Part shown: positions 31,376 through 32,000 of the stretch, piece by piece | Layout of the letters: every line of letters begins with the position of its first letter | Position numbering within the stretch: position 1 is the stretch's first letter | Assembly (NCBI RefSeq): GCF_003044035.1 | Contig: NZ_NVQC01000015.1 | Coordinates: 123,529 to 155,528, forward strand | Direction: 5' to 3' | Length of the DNA stretch: 32,000 nt | From: Candidatus Methylomirabilis limnetica | Lineage (GTDB): Bacteria > Methylomirabilota > Methylomirabilia > Methylomirabilales > Methylomirabilaceae | Made by a program: the position numbers and the translations under genes | Notes under the pieces: model-generated | The model's database searches: none | The model's input: only the letters and a program-made list of their open reading frames with translations | Told to the model about the DNA's origin: nothing

Positions 31376-32000
31376 ATGACGCTAAAGCGCACGGTGCGGT
31401 TTGAACCGCTGGGGATCACGATTGAGTGTGAGGCGACCGAGCCGATCCTGCACTACGCGCTCCGGCAGGGGCTGCGCCTCGTCGATACCCGCTGTGCGGA
31501 GGGCGACTGCGGCGGGTGTAAGGCCATGGTCCACAGTGGCCAGATCCACCGGGTCGAGCAGCCGCGCCCGATCCTCTCGGCTGCAGAGCAGGCCCAAGGC
31601 CACGTGTTGCTCTGCCGTACCCACGTCAAGAGCGATCTGGTGGTTGAACTGCTGCCAGGCTCTCTCCTTACGCCGTCGCAGCGTCCTGATCCGTTTGATC
31701 GGCACCACGCCGCCGAGAAGCTCTTAGGGCCCTTCATCGTCGCGGCCGCAGATCACCTGAGCGATGGCCTGCTGGTGCTCGACGACCAGGGGCGTCTCCT
31801 CGTGCTCAATCGAGCCGCCGCCCACCTGCTGCACGGCGATCCGTCCCAGGAGATCACTGCGGTCTGTCGGACCATCCTGGAGAGTGCGCTGCCGCAGACG
31901 TACCAGATCACCTGTGCGCCCAACGGGCGCGTCCTTGCCGCCATCGGCTTCCCCGTCATGAAGGGCCATCACGCGGTCGCCTCCGCCCTCCTCTTTCCCG
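31376..32000 (+). CDS. Sensor protein, N-terminal plant-type [2Fe-2S] ferredoxin (Fer2) domain fused to PAS; truncated by the window end (probably a histidine kinase)
   Basis: Absent from the ORF track because it has no stop in the window; I translated it by hand. Sequence: MTLKRTVRFEPLGITIECEATEPILHYALRQGLRLVDTRCAEGDCGGCKAMVHSGQI...GHVLLCRTHVKSDLVVEL (CX4CX2CX31C), followed by LSDGLLVLDDQGRLLVLNRAAAHLLHGDPSQEI (PAS-like). The minus-strand ORFs here are shadows. Confidence 0.75.
   Translation, partial: MTLKRTVRFEPLGITIECEATEPILHYALRQGLRLVDTRCAEGDCGGCKAMVHSGQIHRVEQPRPILSAAEQAQGHVLLCRTHVKSDLVVELLPGSLLTPSQRPDPFDRHHAAEKLLGPFIVAAADHLSDGLLVLDDQGRLLVLNRAAAHLLHGDPSQEITAVCRTILESALPQTYQITCAPNGRVLAAIGFPVMKGHHAVASALLFP

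Overview
This is a gene-dense bacterial chromosomal window of roughly 59-60% GC (judged by eye). I call 30 CDS, 27 of them on the minus strand, plus one tRNA. No homology search was possible. All calls rest on ORF structure, Shine-Dalgarno (SD) context and motifs I recognise. I cannot assign a taxon; the repeat families resemble ones I associate with uncultured NC10, Nitrospirota or Rokubacteria-type genomes, at low confidence.

Layout:
1. 220-12104: a stress or dormancy-like block. It holds a YbaK-like deacylase, a DUF2934-Hsp20 fusion, a LonC-like protease with a tiny basic upstream ORF, and a Pat-like GNAT. It also holds a P2-type cation ATPase with a translationally coupled ribbon-helix-helix (RHH) gene, a tandem USP, a CBS-ACT protein, a split kinase pair (P-loop kinase plus APH-fold kinase) and a single-domain USP.
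2. 12580-19853: an orphan radical-SAM/SPASM gene, a two-gene 2-oxoacid:ferredoxin oxidoreductase (PFOR) preceded by a translationally coupled CBS-pair gene, and a sigma54-promoted operon of an orphan receiver and a secreted 8-repeat YVTN propeller.
3. 20286-20923: a vapBC module, followed by ftsH.
4. 23353-28092: the conserved pheS-rplT-rpmI-infC-thrS cluster with tRNA-Val(GAC). pheT is absent.
5. 28353-29056: a second vapBC module.
6. 29496-32000: an NtrC-type sigma54 activator divergent from a truncated gene that encodes a plant-type [2Fe-2S] ferredoxin domain fused to PAS.

Almost every intergenic gap over 100 bp is filled with structured repeats of at least six families:
- a 140-180 nt composite multi-hairpin element, four co-oriented copies;
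- a 140-bp MITE with 14-bp terminal inverted repeats (TIRs), two copies;
- NNNTCAG heptamer tracts in 5' leaders;
- GTCGGGTTA/TAACCCGAC hairpins;
- G-run/C-run hairpins;
- TTCGAC..GCTCA..CGAACGG motifs.

The most interesting items are the Fer2-PAS sensor with its NtrC partner and up to three sigma54-type promoters (one ahead of the PFOR operon), the composite hairpin element family, and the cross-phylum resemblance of block 1 to the mycobacterial DosR dormancy gene pairs.
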